Assembly (NCBI GenBank): GCA_003554615.1
Contig: PWGX01000027.1
Coordinates: 38,619 to 102,618, forward strand
Direction of reading: 5' to 3'
Length of the DNA stretch: 64,000 nucleotides
Origin: Syntrophomonadaceae bacterium
Lineage (GTDB): Bacteria; Bacillota; Dethiobacteria; DTU022
In this document: piece after piece, positions 37,275 to 46,160 of the stretch
Position numbering within the stretch: position 1 is the stretch's first letter
Layout: the number at the start of each line of letters is the position of its first letter
Translations under genes and position numbers: made by a program
The notes under the pieces: model-generated
Databases searched by the model: none
The model's input: only the letters and a program-made list of their open reading frames with translations
Told to the model about the DNA's origin: nothing

Positions 37275-37579
37275 ATCACCCCATCTTATCTGGCAGTCAG
37301 AAGCAGCAACTGGTAATTCGGCCAGCCTGGTAAAGGACTTGCAATATTATTTATTCTGATCTTATAAATAGTATTATTTTACGGGCTGAAAGTCAATGCA
37401 ACGGGTGCTGCGAAATGCATAAAAAGCCATGACTAGATCTCTTTTTGATGCAACGATACCACCCTCGAGTACTTTTAAATATGAGGCATCGGGGCTTGAT
37501 AGAACAATTGAACAATTATTATGGTCCACAAGGGTTCTCCTGCAATCAACATCAAGTTGTACCGCGAAATAAGAGAAAT
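37275..37579 (-). promoter_or_regulatory. valS leader, candidate T-box riboswitch (degenerate T-box GAGGGUGGUAUCGUUG)
   Basis: 305-nt untranslated leader before valS. The minus-strand transcript contains GGGUGGUAUCG, resembling the T-box consensus GGGUGGNACCGCG. No clean terminator or specifier loop could be identified by eye. Confidence 0.3.
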
Positions 37580-38608
37580 CTAGTCAATTTCTTTAATTGA
37601 CACATAGTAACTTTTATCATCAACAAACAACCTGAAATGCTTTTCCCCCTGATCCCGTTGAGACACATACTCAGTTAAACCCTGGAACCATTTGTTGTAA
37701 TGATTTTTTTTCTCTTTTGCCTGATCAAGGGAAACACTTCTGAAAGAAAGCTGATCACCCGGCTTTGCCTGACCCAGGCGATAAATTTCATAAGAAGCCG
37801 CCGTAGCAATTTTGGGGTAGCCACCGGTCGTCTGACGATCTTTCATCATTATTATTGGCTGTTTGTGCCCCGGCACCTGTATTGCACCCAGTGGAATCCC
37901 GTCAGAAATAATATCCGCTTTATCCACATGCACAACTTCCGGCCCCGTTAACCTGTATCCCATCCGGTCGGCTGATTCACTGATTTGGAAGGTTTCATTC
38001 AAAAAAGTGTTAACTCCTTCCTCGGTAAAAAAATCTGCCTGGGGCCCCATGATGACATCTATTTCAAAAGGAGGCAGATAAGAAGGCCATCGCTCCTCAG
38101 TCAAAGCCCGCCCCAGGGAATTGTTACTTTGGAGCGCAGAGAGTACTTCTTCTCCTTTTAAACGCCTCCCTTCAAAACCTCCAATTTTACCCCTTAAGTA
38201 AGTTGAACGGCTCTGCATAATTAAGGGGACGTCAAAACCCCCCTTTACAGCAAGATATCCCCGCACTCCTTCAGTTATCCATTCAATATCTATTTGATCT
38301 CCGCTTTTAACTTCGATTGGTTCAAAAATAAAATACTTCCGGTGCCCGTTCACGGTAACAACACATCTTCCCCCGGTTACTGCCAGGGTCGTATCATGTA
38401 AGATTTCCAACCGGGGCCCTTTTAAAGTAAACTCTAAGGACGCCGCATTTGGTTCATTTCCTAAAATTAAATTCCCCAGTAGATAAGAAACCTCATCCAT
38501 AGCCCCTGCTGGAGCCATTCCATATCGCTGGTATCCGTACCGTCCTCCATCCTGCACGGTTGTAAAAGGCCCGGATTCAATAACTTTAATCACTTGCAAT
38601 TCTTTCAC
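37580..38608 (-). CDS. pxpC: 5-oxoprolinase subunit C (biotin-dependent carboxyltransferase family / KipA-like)
   Basis: 342 aa. Carboxyltransferase/allophanate hydrolase subunit 2 family. Follows pxpA and pxpB. Confidence 0.8.
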   Translation of the reverse strand: MKELQVIKVIESGPFTTVQDGGRYGYQRYGMAPAGAMDEVSYLLGNLILGNEPNAASLEFTLKGPRLEILHDTTLAVTGGRCVVTVNGHRKYFIFEPIEVKSGDQIDIEWITEGVRGYLAVKGGFDVPLIMQSRSTYLRGKIGGFEGRRLKGEEVLSALQSNNSLGRALTEERWPSYLPPFEIDVIMGPQADFFTEEGVNTFLNETFQISESADRMGYRLTGPEVVHVDKADIISDGIPLGAIQVPGHKQPIIMMKDRQTTGGYPKIATAASYEIYRLGQAKPGDQLSFRSVSLDQAKEKKNHYNKWFQGLTEYVSQRDQGEKHFRLFVDDKSYYVSIKEID

Positions 38609-38638
38609 CCGCCTATATATTAAGCTCGTTTATTGAGA

Positions 38639-39325
38639 TTAAACCTGTAGATACGATTCAAATTCATGCTCGCTGATCGGGTAAAATTTTAAATAATGAC
38701 CTGGTTTGGGCAAAAAAGGATCTTCTTTAGAAGGATCAAATAATTTCAAAGGAGTTCGACCTATTAACCGCCACCCTCCGGGGCTTTCCAGGGGATAAAT
38801 GCCTGTTTGACTGCCGGCTATACCAACAGAACCGGCAGGGATCTGGGTGCGAGGGTTTTCCAGGCGCGGAGTGGCAATTTTGGAGGACATTCCGCCCAGG
38901 TAGGGGAAACCGGGCACAAAACCCAGCATATATATCAAATAAGTTGAAGAGTGGTGAATTTCAATTACTGCTTCGATCGTTAAGTTGTTATGTTCCGCCA
39001 CATAATCAATATCCGGACCGTACTCCCCTCCATAGAGAACCGGTATTTCTAAAGTTTCAGGATTTGGAATTGCAACATCTTTTAAATGTTCCCCTATATT
39101 AAGCAAAATCTCTTTTAAATCTACATAATTCCAAACATCCGGATCATAATAAACCAGTAATGAGCGGTAGGTTGGGACGGTTTCCAAAAGACCTTCCAGT
39201 TTACTTTCCCTCGTTAAATAGTAGTCTGCAGCCCGGACTTTGGAATTTATCTCGGGATCGATTCGGTTCTCAAATTCTAGCGCCAGGGCCTGATCACCTG
39301 CCGGCACTACGTTAATTTCCGGCAT
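38639..39325 (-). CDS. pxpB: 5-oxoprolinase subunit B (KipI-like)
   Basis: 228 aa. Allophanate hydrolase subunit 1/KipI family (cyclophilin-like fold). Confidence 0.8.
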   Translation of the reverse strand: MPEINVVPAGDQALALEFENRIDPEINSKVRAADYYLTRESKLEGLLETVPTYRSLLVYYDPDVWNYVDLKEILLNIGEHLKDVAIPNPETLEIPVLYGGEYGPDIDYVAEHNNLTIEAVIEIHHSSTYLIYMLGFVPGFPYLGGMSSKIATPRLENPRTQIPAGSVGIAGSQTGIYPLESPGGWRLIGRTPLKLFDPSKEDPFLPKPGHYLKFYPISEHEFESYLQV

Positions 39326-39429
39326 ACATATCCTCCCCCAGTTAAATAATACTCCGTTGATTGGCTTATTTTGTCAGTAGAAAATATCTCGAACCATACC
39401 ACAGGCCATTGACCTGCTGCAATTTTAAA

Positions 39430-40191
39430 TTACACAGACAGCGGCTTGCTTTTAATACCCTCTTCATTCAACCTGGCTTTTAACTGCCTGGTAAGCTCAA
39501 CCGCTTCAGGGTTATCGCCATGGACACATATAGTGTCCGGATTAATATCGATATCTTCACCTGAGACAGTACGGACCTTGCCTTCTTGAACCATTCGCAA
39601 TACCCTTTCAACAACCATCTCAGGATCGTGAATTACCGCTCCCGGTTGCTTTCTTGAAACCAACATTCCTTCAGAATCATAAGCCCGATCGGCAAAGCCC
39701 TCCCGGGCCACGTTCAACCCCTCTTCCTTACCTGCTTTTTCCATTTCAGAAAAAGCAAGAGCAACAAATATTAACCTGGGATCTACCGCTTTAATAGACC
39801 GGGCAATAGTAAATGCCAGCTCCTTGTTTACGCTGGCTATATTATTTAATGCACCATGGGCTTTTACATGAACCATTTTTACCCCGTTGGTTTTACAAAA
39901 ACCTTGCATGGCTCCTATTTGATAAATCAATTCCTTTTCCAGTTCTTCAGGAGCAATATCAATCCTTCGGCGGCCAAACCCGTTAAGATCGGCAAAACCG
40001 AGGTGGGCGCCAACAGCTACTCCATGCTTTTTGGCTAGCTTTACAGTGTAATCCATAATCTGGGGATCTCCTGCGTGAAAGCCGCAGGCAATGTTAGCTG
40101 AAGAAATATTTTGGATAACCTCGTCATCAGAACCCAATTTGTATACTCCAAAACTTTCCCCCATGTCGCAGTTCAAATCAATTGTCCTCAT
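39430..40191 (-). CDS. pxpA: 5-oxoprolinase subunit A (LamB/YcsF family)
   Basis: MRTIDLNCDMGESFG… is the LamB/YcsF N-terminal signature. Confidence 0.85.
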   Translation of the reverse strand: MRTIDLNCDMGESFGVYKLGSDDEVIQNISSANIACGFHAGDPQIMDYTVKLAKKHGVAVGAHLGFADLNGFGRRRIDIAPEELEKELIYQIGAMQGFCKTNGVKMVHVKAHGALNNIASVNKELAFTIARSIKAVDPRLIFVALAFSEMEKAGKEEGLNVAREGFADRAYDSEGMLVSRKQPGAVIHDPEMVVERVLRMVQEGKVRTVSGEDIDINPDTICVHGDNPEAVELTRQLKARLNEEGIKSKPLSV

Positions 40192-40581
40192 ATCTGATCT
40201 CCCATCTCCTTCCTTAGTATTGATTCGCCGCAGCCTGAATTAATCCCTGCCCAAAAGCTCCTTATGCCCACATGTCCTTAACAGCCCTGGTACACTAAAA
40301 TAAAAAACCGCTACTATTTACCGTTAAAGATATATCATATTATCCTGGGCCCCGGATAAAAACTCTGCCTTCAGGTCAATCCGACTGAAATCCAGACCTG
40401 ATCCATGGCAATATATAATATAATAAGCAGATTAATATTGAATGAACCATAAATGAGATTGTAATCCAAGCAGAAAAGTATAGAGTGTAAGAGCCCCCAA
40501 GGGATTAAATTATAACGTGATGTTTTAATTTCCCTTGTTGAGGTAAGCCAAGCATAAAAGTGGTTAAAAATTCCTCTATAA

Positions 40582-40938
40582 TTAGTTATTTCTTGATTTT
40601 GATTGGACTATGTTGCCAATTTTTGATTGTTGCAGTGTTTCTTCAGATAAAAAGTACTTGCCATCTTCAGTCATCTGTATTACATCCAGCTGGAAAAGAG
40701 AATCGAAAACGTAGGGTTTATAGTCGCGCGGCTTAAACATACCGTCGGTTAACTTGGTTTCAGAAGAAGCCTTCAGGCTCAGTTCATTACCGGTTTTGGC
40801 ACTTTCCGGATCCAGAGCCTCTTTTTCCCTGAAAATCCTGATAACCTGCTTTAAGGCCCGGCCCATCATAAAGCGAAGCAAAAGTACTCCCAATCCGATC
40901 AGAGCCACAATGATCAACAGTAAAATTACATAAGCCAC
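40582..40938 (-). CDS. hypothetical membrane-anchored protein
   Basis: 118 aa. One N-terminal TM helix (YVILLLIIVALIGLGVLLL). No recognisable family. Confidence 0.4.
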   Translation of the reverse strand: MAYVILLLIIVALIGLGVLLLRFMMGRALKQVIRIFREKEALDPESAKTGNELSLKASSETKLTDGMFKPRDYKPYVFDSLFQLDVIQMTEDGKYFLSEETLQQSKIGNIVQSKSRNN

Positions 40939-41049
40939 AGGCTTAAATCACCTTCCTTATTAAAAATCATCTAGATCATTTTATAACCATTTATGCGATA
41001 CAGGCAGGGCTGACTGCTTTGAACCTTTATAAAAAAGCCACCAGGCGAG

Positions 41050-41091
41050 ATTTATGGAAAAGCTCATCGAGAACCCGAAGTTACGATGAGC
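41050..41091 (-). terminator. intrinsic terminator after 2-oxoacid:ferredoxin oxidoreductase operon
   Basis: 8-bp stem GCTCATCG/CGATGAGC with a 14-nt loop, followed on the minus strand by CUUUUCC. Confidence 0.4.
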
Positions 41092-41184
41092 CTTTTCTTG
41101 CAAAAAAATAATGCCGTATACAAGTCCCAAAATACATATTCCGGGCCATTATTGCTGCAATAATACCGGGGCCGCCTAAACCTC

Positions 41185-41769
41185 TTATTGAGGAGTTTGC
41201 GCTGATTGATTGGTATCCTGTCCCGAACCCTGCTCATATAGAGAATAGCCTATGTCAAACGCCTTTTGATTGATCTCGCCGCTGCCTTTGGGGGCCAGTT
41301 CAAAAATACTTTCCCGGAAAATGTCCCGATCCAACAACCCGGCGGCGGCATTCACCACGCCCAGGGCCAGCATATTGGCAACCACTTCTTTGCCCACTTT
41401 TTCTTTGGCCACCTTGGTGATCGGATAACTCTGTACTTTATACTCTTCCCGGAAGGGTCCGCTGACAAAGGTCGAGTCGACAATGACAATGCACTCCCCG
41501 ACTCTCTTAAGCTTGGGCAGGTATTTGTTAAAAGAAGCCTGGTTCATGCAAAGCAGGACTGTTGGATTAACCACCTTGGGGTATTCAATTGTATCAATGT
41601 CGATTATCACGCCGGCCATGCTGGCTCCGCCCCGGGCTTCCGGACCGTAAGATTGGGTTTGAACCACGTTTTTGTTGTCGTTTACGGCAGCATGGGCAAG
41701 GATAATCGAGGCCAGGATCAAACCCTGTCCCCCGGCTCCGGTCAGTAAAATTTCCTGCCTGTTACCCAA
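41185..41769 (-). CDS. 2-oxoacid:ferredoxin oxidoreductase gamma subunit
   Basis: LLTGAGGQGLILAS… is the PorC/KorC gamma-subunit family signature. Confidence 0.85.
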   Translation of the reverse strand: MGNRQEILLTGAGGQGLILASIILAHAAVNDNKNVVQTQSYGPEARGGASMAGVIIDIDTIEYPKVVNPTVLLCMNQASFNKYLPKLKRVGECIVIVDSTFVSGPFREEYKVQSYPITKVAKEKVGKEVVANMLALGVVNAAAGLLDRDIFRESIFELAPKGSGEINQKAFDIGYSLYEQGSGQDTNQSAQTPQ

Positions 41770-41786
41770 AAGAACTCCCTCCGCTT

Positions 41787-42623
41787 TTAACCGCTCGATT
41801 TTACCGGGATATCTTTACCAATTGAATGGTAATACTCAGCGGCGTATTCAGGTTCATCATAGTTAAAAATAACCCCGGTGATTGTTTTGCCTTTCAGTTC
41901 CGATTCTTCTTTGCCGGCAGCCCGCTCGGTTGAAATGCTGTTTTCTTTCAGTTCCTTCATCATATCAACCGGCCCCCCAAGCTTGTTTCTTCTGCCATAA
42001 GCAATGGGGCAGGGCGATAATGCTTCCACTATCGAAAACCCTTTATGGTTTGCCCCCCTGGTAATAAGCTGTTCAAGCTGGCGGGGTTGAGCGGCATTGC
42101 CCCTGGCCCCAAAAGTTGCACCGGCACCCCTGGCCAGTTCCAGCAGGTTAAATTCCCGCTCCAAAGTCCCGCGGGGAGCTGTGGTCGCCTTTTTCCCGAT
42201 TGGTGTCAGCGGTGAATGCTGTCCGCCGGTCATGCCATAGATGTGATTATTGACCACGATAGCATTCAAGTCAATATTCCTCCTGGCCGAATGAATAAAG
42301 TGGTTGCCTCCGATGGCACTGCAATCACCGTCACCCATGATCACAAACAGTTTTAATTCCGGCCTGGCCATTTTCAAACCGGTGGCAAAAGCCAGGGCCC
42401 GGCCGTGAGTAGTGTGCAGGGTGTTGAAGTTTAAATACCCTGCCGCCCTGGAAGAACAGCCTATACCTGAAACAATTACTACATCGCGCTGGTCATAATC
42501 AGCCCTTTCAATGGCCCTGACCAGGGCGGCGGTCACGATCCCGTTCCCACATCCGGGGCACCAGATATGGGGCAACTTCTTCGTCCTTAAAAAATCCTGT
42601 GTTAACTGTTCTATGATAGCCAC
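41787..42623 (-). CDS. 2-oxoacid:ferredoxin oxidoreductase beta subunit (TPP-binding)
   Basis: Motifs WCPGCGNGIV and GDGD (TPP binding). Substrate (2-oxoglutarate vs branched-chain) not determinable. Confidence 0.85.
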   Translation of the reverse strand: MAIIEQLTQDFLRTKKLPHIWCPGCGNGIVTAALVRAIERADYDQRDVVIVSGIGCSSRAAGYLNFNTLHTTHGRALAFATGLKMARPELKLFVIMGDGDCSAIGGNHFIHSARRNIDLNAIVVNNHIYGMTGGQHSPLTPIGKKATTAPRGTLEREFNLLELARGAGATFGARGNAAQPRQLEQLITRGANHKGFSIVEALSPCPIAYGRRNKLGGPVDMMKELKENSISTERAAGKEESELKGKTITGVIFNYDEPEYAAEYYHSIGKDIPVKSSG

Positions 42624-43747
42624 CTCCCCATAATATCTGAAATCTGCTCAGGACTGATCATTTCACCGTCATAGCGGTTCAAAGGAATAACTTCTGCTTC
42701 GCCTTTGACATGGCGTTCCACTTCGCCGATAATCTGGCCCATATTCATTTCCGGTACTATGACCACATCGGCCTTTTTGGCTATTTCCTGGACTTCTTTA
42801 TCTGGAAACGGCCACAGGGTCTGCAGGCTCAGCAGTCCCACCGGCTGGCGATTATTCCAGTACGCTTTTTTAACAACGGCCCGGGCCGAACGCACTGTGC
42901 AACCGTAAGTCACGATTACTACTCGCGGTTCCTTGTGCCCAATATAGTTTGTGAGGGCCACTTCGTCCCGGTACTTCTCCAATTTTTCATGGATCCGATC
43001 CAGGGACCGTTCAACCTGCTGAGGATCCCCGGTGGGGAACCCGTACTGGTCGTGAAACAGGCCGGTAACATGGTAGTAATGGCCAAAACCAAATGGAACC
43101 AGGGGAGTAAGCCCTTTATCATCATAGGGCTTCCAGTCGGCAGGCACCTTGTCGCTCGCTTTTTCCACCATTAATTTGCTGCCCTTAGGGATGGTAACCT
43201 TTTCCCTCATGTGGCCGATTACTTCATCAAGGAGCAAAATAATTGGCTGTCTTAATTTTTGGCTTAAATTAACGGCCGCAACAGTCAAGTAATAGGTTTC
43301 ATAAACTGAAGCGGGAGAAAACACTATAACCGGGTGGTCGCCATGGGTACCCCAGCGGGCCTGCATAACATCTCCCTGGGAAGGCGCGGTGGGGACACCC
43401 GTGCTGGGCCCCATCCGTTGAACATTAACTATGACACAGGGTATTTCGGCCATTATGGCATACCCTATATTTTCCTGCTTAAGTGAAAAACCGGGTCCGC
43501 TGGTAGCGGTGAGAGTCCGCATGCCGCCGATGGATGCCCCGATAACGGCAGCCATACTGGCTATTTCATCCTCCATCTGAATAAAAACTCCCCCTATATC
43601 AGGCAGCCTGACCGCCATCCGTTCAGCCACCTCTGTAGAAGGAGTTATCGGGTACCCGGCATAAAAACGAACCCCTGCACTGATTGCTCCTTCAGCGCAG
43701 GCTTCATTTCCTTGCATCAAGACCGGTTTCGTCTCCGGCATTTGCAA
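42611..43747 (-). CDS. 2-oxoacid:ferredoxin oxidoreductase alpha subunit
   Basis: 378 aa. Pyruvate/2-oxoglutarate:ferredoxin oxidoreductase alpha domain. Confidence 0.85.
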   Translation of the reverse strand: MQMPETKPVLMQGNEACAEGAISAGVRFYAGYPITPSTEVAERMAVRLPDIGGVFIQMEDEIASMAAVIGASIGGMRTLTATSGPGFSLKQENIGYAIMAEIPCVIVNVQRMGPSTGVPTAPSQGDVMQARWGTHGDHPVIVFSPASVYETYYLTVAAVNLSQKLRQPIILLLDEVIGHMREKVTIPKGSKLMVEKASDKVPADWKPYDDKGLTPLVPFGFGHYYHVTGLFHDQYGFPTGDPQQVERSLDRIHEKLEKYRDEVALTNYIGHKEPRVVIVTYGCTVRSARAVVKKAYWNNRQPVGLLSLQTLWPFPDKEVQEIAKKADVVIVPEMNMGQIIGEVERHVKGEAEVIPLNRYDGEMISPEQISDIMGRWLS

Positions 43748-43964
43748 AAAGCCTCCTCTTGATCAGTGAAATCGCAAAGTCCGGACAAAAAGTTTCGCAG
43801 ATGCCGCATTTAGTGCATTTTTCCATGTCTTTTTGAGCTTTGCTCTGTTCATCCAAAAAAAGAGCCTCCCTGGGACAGAAAGCTACACAAATACCGCATC
43901 CTTTACACCATTCTTCTTTGATAATAAGATCTGCAGTAAAATCACCCTGATTAGCCTGCACCAA
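43704..43964 (-). CDS. 2-oxoacid:ferredoxin oxidoreductase delta subunit (2x[4Fe-4S] ferredoxin)
   Basis: Motifs CKGCGICVAFCP and CTKCGICETFCP. Confidence 0.8.
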   Translation of the reverse strand: MVQANQGDFTADLIIKEEWCKGCGICVAFCPREALFLDEQSKAQKDMEKCTKCGICETFCPDFAISLIKRRLFANAGDETGLDARK

Positions 43965-44227
43965 GAACTTATTTCCTCCTTTTGAATAAAACCTGTCATT
44001 TTTCTATTATAACTACTGTTTTAAAGTTTATATCCCTTATGCTGGAAATAACAATAACATGCTACAGATCGCTGTTTATGGTTGATATATTCACATCTAA
44101 CTTATAATTTTCTGAAATAATTAGCAAATCACCGGTTGAAGCAGAGGCGAGCCCTGAGCCCTCCCCTGCTTCAAAAAACTCTTACTTAATCGCAAATTCT
44201 TAGTTATATTCCCCAAAGCTAACATTT

Positions 44228-45520
44228 TTATGTATACATACCATTATGCAGCCAGCCCCGATATTGCATTGCTTCAGCAAGTCGTTTGATAGAATACATA
44301 TAAGCGCCGGTCCGCATATCGGAATCGACACATTTTTCACAGAAATAACTGTAAACGCTGTTAAAAGCACTAACCATTTTATCTTCTAAGTGCGTATTAA
44401 CCGTATTTAGATCCCAGCTAAAACCGTAATTATTCTGGACCCACTCAAAATAGGAAACGGTAACCCCGCCGCTGTTGGAAAGAATATCAGGAACCACCAA
44501 AATCTTTTTATCCTTAAGAATCTTGTCTGCTTCCGGGGTTGTCGGCCCGTTTGCCGCTTCCACTATAACTTTTGCCTTGACAGCGTCAGCATTACTGCCG
44601 GTAATCTGATTCTCCAGGGCAGCGGGAATAAGAATATCGCAATCCAAGGCCAAAAGATCTTCGTTACTGATTGGTTCGGCACCAGGGAAATCCTTTACAT
44701 TACCGGTTTCCTTCACATGAGCTGTTAATTTCCCCACATCGATACCGTCTTTGTCGAAGATAGCACCGCTAATATCGCCCACCCCTATGATTGGGCACCC
44801 TTCGTCATGAAACATTTTCGCCGCATTGCTGCCTACGTTACCAAAACCTTGAATCACAATCCTGCTCTTCTCAAGGGGAATTCTGTAAGCCCTGGCCGCT
44901 TCCCTGGTCACAAAAAAAGCACCTCGCCCGGTTGCTTCATTCCTGCCGACACAACCTCCAACAGCCAAAGGCTTCCCTGTAACCACACCAAATGAAGGTT
45001 CACGCACATTAGCGCTGTATTCATCGGCCATCCAGGCCATTACCTGGGCATCGGTAAAAAGATCCGGAGCGGGAATATCGATTTCGGGGCCAAGAATGGT
45101 ACCTAGAGATCTCACATAACTTCTTGTCAGGCGCTCCCTTTCTCTATCGCTCATTTTCAAAGGATCGCAAACGATTGCTCCTTTACCTCCTCCAAAAGGC
45201 ACTCCAACCAGGGAACACTTTAAAGTCATCCACATTGAAAGGGCTTTGAGGCTGTCCGCTGTTACATCCCAGTGATAGCGGAGGCCACCTTTAAAAGGGC
45301 CGTAAACATTGTTATGCTGCGAACGATAACCGGTAAATACTTTTGTCGAACCATCATCCATTTCTACCGGGATGGCAACTTCAACAAAACGCATTGGAGT
45401 TTTTAAGTGTTCATAAACATCGGGAGACAGCTCCGCAAACTCTATAGCCTGCTTCATCATACTAAGGGTGGAATTTAAAATATTATCTTCTTTTTTTGTT
45501 TTACTCACTTCTGACAACAT
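44228..45520 (-). CDS. gdh: NAD(P)-dependent glutamate dehydrogenase
   Basis: 430 aa. Glu/Leu/Phe/Val dehydrogenase active-site region (…GGGKGAIVCDP…) and Rossmann motif GFGNVGSNAA. Confidence 0.9.
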   Translation of the reverse strand: MLSEVSKTKKEDNILNSTLSMMKQAIEFAELSPDVYEHLKTPMRFVEVAIPVEMDDGSTKVFTGYRSQHNNVYGPFKGGLRYHWDVTADSLKALSMWMTLKCSLVGVPFGGGKGAIVCDPLKMSDRERERLTRSYVRSLGTILGPEIDIPAPDLFTDAQVMAWMADEYSANVREPSFGVVTGKPLAVGGCVGRNEATGRGAFFVTREAARAYRIPLEKSRIVIQGFGNVGSNAAKMFHDEGCPIIGVGDISGAIFDKDGIDVGKLTAHVKETGNVKDFPGAEPISNEDLLALDCDILIPAALENQITGSNADAVKAKVIVEAANGPTTPEADKILKDKKILVVPDILSNSGGVTVSYFEWVQNNYGFSWDLNTVNTHLEDKMVSAFNSVYSYFCEKCVDSDMRTGAYMYSIKRLAEAMQYRGWLHNGMYT

Positions 45521-45532
45521 TAATTATCCTCC

Positions 45533-45560
45533 TTGTTGTTGCTGAATTGTTGTTGCTGAA
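45533..45560 (-). repeat. 2 x 14-nt tandem repeat (UUCAGCAACAACAA on the mRNA) immediately 5' of the gdh Shine-Dalgarno
   Basis: Perfect direct repeat ttgttgttgctgaa ×2 at 45533-45560. It sits 12 nt upstream of the gdh ATG, adjacent to GGAGGA. Confidence 0.9.
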
Positions 45561-45892
45561 TTAGTGATTAAATAATATTTAAAACCTTATTCCTGTAACC
45601 TGGAAATACTGACTATATTTTTGCCTCCTTTCAACGCATTAAGCTTTTTTATAAATTTAATTTTTAGCACACCAACTTTCACATTTCTATAGATTATTCC
45701 GGCATTAACAGTCTATAAGGCAAAAATTTTTTGCACAAATAACTTGCCTCTTCATTTTTATGCTCCCAAAAGGATCTCTTCCTCGTAAATTACAGTAACT
45801 GTAAACAAAAAATAACCTGCCTGTAATATTCCTGTAATGTTCGGCGATTATAATTATAAATGAGTTGACCCCCTCTTTTTATATATATCTTT

Positions 45893-45924
45893 GAGCGCAG
45901 TTAAAACAAACTGCGCTTTTTTTT
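45893..45924 (+). terminator. orphan plus-strand intrinsic terminator (GCGCAG-10nt-CTGCGC-T8)
   Basis: Perfect 6-8 bp GC stem followed by T8 on the plus strand. There is no annotated plus-strand gene upstream. Confidence 0.6.
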
Positions 45925-46077
45925 GTCCGAATGCCGGGCCGCCCATTCTACATCCCTTCTTCCGCCTTTTTTTGCGGGTGTAACATTAAGCCGTCCGTCA
46001 TTAATGAACCGGATATTTTCTGCAAAAAAAATTACCTGCCGCCGGTTTAGCCCCCTGCAAAGAGCTGCGGGATATAT

Positions 46078-46131
46078 TGTAAACCTTTTTATCCGGCTCA
46101 AGTTGACAATTTCGGCTCAATCCGATACTAT
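46078..46131 (+). promoter_or_regulatory. birA-bioY promoter (TTGACA-17-TACTAT) with overlapping candidate BirA operator (TTGTAAACC-N15-GTTGACAA)
   Basis: -35 TTGACA at 46103-46108, 17-nt spacer, -10 TACTAT at 46126-46131. Imperfect inverted repeat TTGTAAACC (46078-46086) / GTTGACAA (46102-46109) overlaps the -35. Confidence 0.4.
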
Positions 46132-46160
46132 TTTAACAAATATTTTCGCCCGGGGATAGT

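Noticed and set aside
37558-37572. T-box-like GUUGUACCGCG on the plus strand
   Set aside because: It is on the wrong strand for valS. No plus-strand gene lies downstream. It is likely a coincidence.
44133-44180. Long hairpin TTGAAGCAG…CTGCTTCAA downstream of gdh
   Set aside because: The U-tract is on the 5' side of the hairpin for the gdh transcript. An A-run follows the hairpin on the plus strand. It is therefore not a canonical intrinsic terminator in either orientation.
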